A stretch of 64,000 nt of DNA from Ramazzottius varieornatus (Eukaryota; Animalia; Tardigrada): contig BDGG01000012.1 of NCBI GenBank assembly GCA_001949185.1, forward strand, positions 364,973-428,972. Direction: 5' to 3'. The notes beneath the pieces are model-generated. The model saw only the letters and a program-made list of their open reading frames with translations. It ran no database searches and was not told where the DNA came from. Positions 60,141-64,000 of this stretch are shown here, in pieces (positions within the stretch are counted from its first letter, which is position 1; each line of letters starts with the position of its first letter). The position numbers and the translations under genes were made by a program.

Positions 60141-60787
60141 TTAAACGGTCTTGCCGACTACGGCGTCGCCTCCCTCCTGCGTTTCGCGTTCTTCCAAGGC
60201 CTGTTCGACGGCCATCATGATCTTCTGGAGCTTCGCAGGGGAGTCGACGAAGCCTTCGCCGCCCTACAATAACCGAAATTATCTTATATTGACACATCAG
60301 TGCAGAGAGATGCCACATACATCCTTGGAGTGAACCAGCTTTCCGTTCACTTCGACCTCGAACTTCCCGGTTCGTCCGGGCGTCGCTTGTCCAGTCTACA
60401 TCACAAAGTCATATTCAGTCCTTCAAGTTATCAGCACACGGGGCAAGGAAAATCTTTACTATATCGAGAGCAGAACCGCCATGGTATCGCTTAGTAAGTT
60501 CCGACTGGAAGTTGCGGAACTGCAAAGGAGATAAGGATTATACGTTACATGAAACTGATCACATGATCACATGCTCATAACGCTCCAGGAAACAAGCAAC
60601 GCGCTCACCTTGCTCCCGTAACCTCAGGCTCCGCTGCAACGAAAGAATATTTCAGCCCATTAGATACCAATAGCAAGTTTCTTCTCAAGCATGTATGAAG
60701 AAGAGGAAATCAGAAATCTCAAGACTGGAGTACAATAGTTTACCAGTAGACAACCCTGACGACCACTTTTCCTGCTTTTGACGCCAT
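60141..60787 (-). CDS. SELENOW: Selenoprotein W, 108 aa, Sec codon at 60624-60626 (exons 60787-60744, 60633-60609, 60519-60460, 60395-60321, 60263-60141)
   Basis: Spliced product MASKAGKVVVRVVYCGAUGYGSKFRNFQSELTKRYHGGSALDITGQATPGRTGKFEVEVNGKLVHSKDGGEGFVDSPAKLQKIMMAVEQALEERETQEGGDAVVGKTV; CxxU and GxFEV...LVHSK Rdx motifs; four in-phase GT-AG introns. Confidence 0.93.
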
Positions 60788-61142
60788 TCCGTCGTCTAGT
60801 TGTGTCGTGGAACCTGAAGCTGAATTACCCATAAAGTTATCCCGAGGATCACGAGAGAAAAGCTTTCGTATGCGTGGCTGCAGAACGAAGAAGACACAGA
60901 ACAATTTTTACCTGCAACAAAACCATCGGAGAAAAGTACTGTAGGAGGCTAGTTTGGCTAGCAGCGCCTTTGATGAGTCGAGGATGACTTGCAGTTTGAG
61001 AAAGTAGGAAAAGCCATGGAAAAGCCCAACTGCCAAAGGCAGCCTACAAAGTACGAAGTACGTGACAACAGTTGTCAATACAAAGTCGCAAGTAAAGACT
61101 GGAGACAAGCCATGAGTTTTTGATCGATCATTGACAAAGAGT

Positions 61143-61210
61143 GAAGTGGGCTTTATACTTATCATGATCCGGTAGATGGATCACCAATTTTTAGTATAAT
61201 AGCCCACTTC
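61143..61210. repeat. Hairpin / inverted repeat upstream of SelW
   Basis: gaagtgggctttatact ... agtataatagcccacttc with inner tgatcc/ggatca. Confidence 0.5.
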
Positions 61211-62512
61211 CCCAGATCACGGCCCTATTCACGGGTAATGATCATGAGTTGGGAATGGAGTGCGGAGACATGGATCATGGAATAGAAAACCATGATCCGC
61301 GCCGTTCGGTATGTGGACTTTTCAACGTGCAGTAGCACCTTGATTGAAAATGAGTTGATCGGACGGAAAACAAGGAATTACCTCGAGCTCCGACATTGTG
61401 AATACTCGTACAACAGAAATATCGAATAATGCACTCTTGCTGTGGATGGAATGTAAAATGATTACTGCTAGTATTTTCATATCGCTGACCAGGCGCCGAA
61501 ACTTGACAAACCTAGAATACCCAAATTCAATCAACACTAATAACTCAACTTCAACACGACACGGAAGGTTGAACGAGGGAGATATTCACAACCATGTAAG
61601 AACCTCGCGGTGATTCCCCCTACCGTTTCAACCAAGATTTTTAGCTAATCTGTAAATTTATTTCATCGAAACGTCAGTTCGATGGAGTGTATTTCAGATC
61701 TCGAAAAACACGAAGACCCCGACTCATTTTCATACGGGAAATAAGTCCGGATATTATACTTCGGCATAGGTCGTAACTTGGATCACCAGGGCAAGTATCA
61801 CGTTTCCACAACTTTCACATCCCGGGATGTGGCGAAAGGGGAAACGTGAGTGGAAAACGCGAACTGCCATTGTTTCCCGGGCATCGAGTGCGGAGAAATG
61901 AAGTAAAATGCCCACTTCAGTCCCTTCGGTCCTTCCCTCCGTTCCTCGAGTTCCCTCTGCTTTTGGCAGATAACTCCCAACGCCACCGAAAGCTGGAAAC
62001 CTGCATTCGCTTTCCCAGAAGTGAGACCTTTGAAGGATATTGGTCAAAATCATGCTGACGCAACCTAAAACACAGCTCGAACATCAACCGCAACCCGGAA
62101 GTCCCTATGTACCGTACGTTCGCGCAATCCACCTATATTTCGCCTCAAACTGTCCATCAGATCCATCCTTCATAGAAACGATAATTAAAACACAGCCAAG
62201 AGGCAAGCGATAACCAGACAGTTGAGTGGTAAAGAGTATTTTTCACTTACGACAGACCGATCACGTTCCAAATGCTGAAGAAGTAAAAAATATCAGGTGT
62301 GCGTGAAACTCTATAGAAAATCAAAACTTGCCAGATCAAAACCAAGATATGACAAAGGAATAAGGATAAAGGAAGTATTACAAACACACATAAAAGTAAA
62401 AAAATCAACATAATTACCGAAGAAACATTTTAGGGGACCATCTTTGATAGCACAAACCTTCGCAGAAGCTGCATTATTCTTGACTGAGGGGAAACCGTGT
62501 TGCTTGTATTCT

Positions 62513-64000
62513 TCACTCCTCCTTCTTGTTCTCATCATTCTCTTCTTCCGGGAAAGCCAGTTTAATCTCGGTCTTCTCGATTCGGTTATTAACGATCCAC
62601 GGATCTTTCTTTATTTCTTCAAGCGGAATGCGGTCTTTGCCTCGGCGTTGCAGCATGGCACGAATCAACCTTTCCGGCCCAGCACTGATGAGGCGAGGGT
62701 CGATCTTGTACTCACAATGACGAATCAGTTCGTGAGTCTCTTCGATGCTGGGTGGATCAGTCTCGAACGGTGGCCGACCGACCAGGAACTCGTACAACAG
62801 AACACCTTTAACGGTTAAGGAAATGAATGCAACGGACAGAGAAGAAAATAAGATTGTAGTTTTCAGTAGTTTTTTTTATCCATCTCTACTGTTGTATACC
62901 TGTGCACCAGATGTCAATCGTGGCGTCATAGAGGACTCTGTCAACGAGTTCTGGAGCCAAGTAGTCCGTGGTTCCACAGACCGTTCGTCTTTTACTGGAC
63001 GCAGCGTGAACGGACCAGCCAAAGTCCGCCAGCTTGATCTCCCCATACCCACCTAGAAGCAAATTTTCCGGCTTGATGTCTCTGTGGATGACTTTCTTTG
63101 CGTGGCAGTAGAGAAGGGCTTCAGTCAGTTCCGCAATGTACTATAAAGAGAACAACGTTATCTGACTTATCTCGACAGGGTGCGAGCCTGCGACCTGGTC
63201 CAGTACTCCAGTTTCCTGTCTATATGACACGACACGACATGGCATGACATAATCTGACGTAACATATAACATGACACACACATGCTATGCTTGGTAAGTT
63301 ACTGTATTCTCTCCGGAAATGGATGTACGTCACTCAATTCAAAATGTGAAACTGCAGATATGGTCGGTAGGCGGTAGCTCATACGATTGAAACAGCTGTG
63401 ACACCACAGGATTCAATCAATCCAAATCAATCCGGAGAGTTCGCATTTTGCTTGGTTCAGTTATGAAATCAGCTGTTCTTTGGATGACTCGCACAGACTA
63501 ATAGTATTTTGGCTTACCGTGTTAACCATTCTGTCTTAGCTGTCGTGTGATGTCATTTTTCTCTGTGAGCTGTCTCTTACTGTAGTTTGACTCCATAAAA
63601 CGGCTACTAAAGCTGTCCGTAAATACGTCAAGATCTGACGCCATGCTGGCTTTGTGTAACAGCTACGCTAACACTCTAGTGAACCAGATATCAGTGACGT
63701 ACATCCATTTCCGGAGAGAATACAGTAAGTTAAGTACAGTACACGTGTACTGTACGCAGTACGAGATGATTGTCTGAGTTGATTGTTGATAAAACAAAAA
63801 CAAACTTCCTCCTTGACCACTTCATCTGTAATGTCTCGATAGTTTCTCACACTTGCGCTTTCTGCTTCCGTGAAACGTCCTCGTCGACGCAACAGTCGGA
63901 AGAGTTCTCCATTAGGAGCATACTCCAGGATGAGGTAGATGCGAGACTCGTCCCAAAAGTATCCATACATGAGTAGAATGTTGGGATGATTGAGGCGGGC
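62513..64000 (-). CDS. Aurora-family Ser/Thr kinase, 3' part (5' end beyond the window)
   Basis: [74 protein letters not shown]. Confidence 0.92.
63302..63725. mobile_element. TA-flanked non-autonomous element (MITE) in an Aurora intron
   Basis: Perfect 33-bp TIR ctgtattctctccggaaatggatgtacgtcact with TA on both sides and no ORF. Confidence 0.85.

Overview
Compact, gene-dense animal genome segment with roughly balanced GC content and many short GT-AG introns (mostly 55-100 nt); the style suggests a tardigrade-like invertebrate, which is inference only. Left to right: a disrupted Piwi-clade Argonaute (stops, frameshifts, altered catalytic residues), an MS4A-like tetraspan gene, a secreted five-repeat cadherin-like protein, two tandem alpha-amylases (one hosts an intronic tRNA-Gly and an 11-nt microexon carrying the catalytic Glu), beta-spectrin, two tandem secreted KynB/cyclase-family genes, an orphan with a p21-like PIP box, an intron-containing bacterial-type SGNH hydrolase, NPRL3, bystin, NDUFS4, a calmodulin-like gene, a brambleberry/GEX1-like gene, PPIL2, a TA-flanked DD34E Tc1 element, selenoprotein W (absent from the ORF track) and the 3' part of an Aurora kinase. 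Top finding: the Tc1 element sits between the SelW stop codon and its SECIS element, apparently inside a short 3'-UTR intron, so selenocysteine decoding would depend on splicing the transposon out. Second: about 20 copies of a short palindromic element (core CAAGTGGCGCAC-N~30-GTGCGCCACTTG), mostly in introns. All calls were made by eye; no searches were run.
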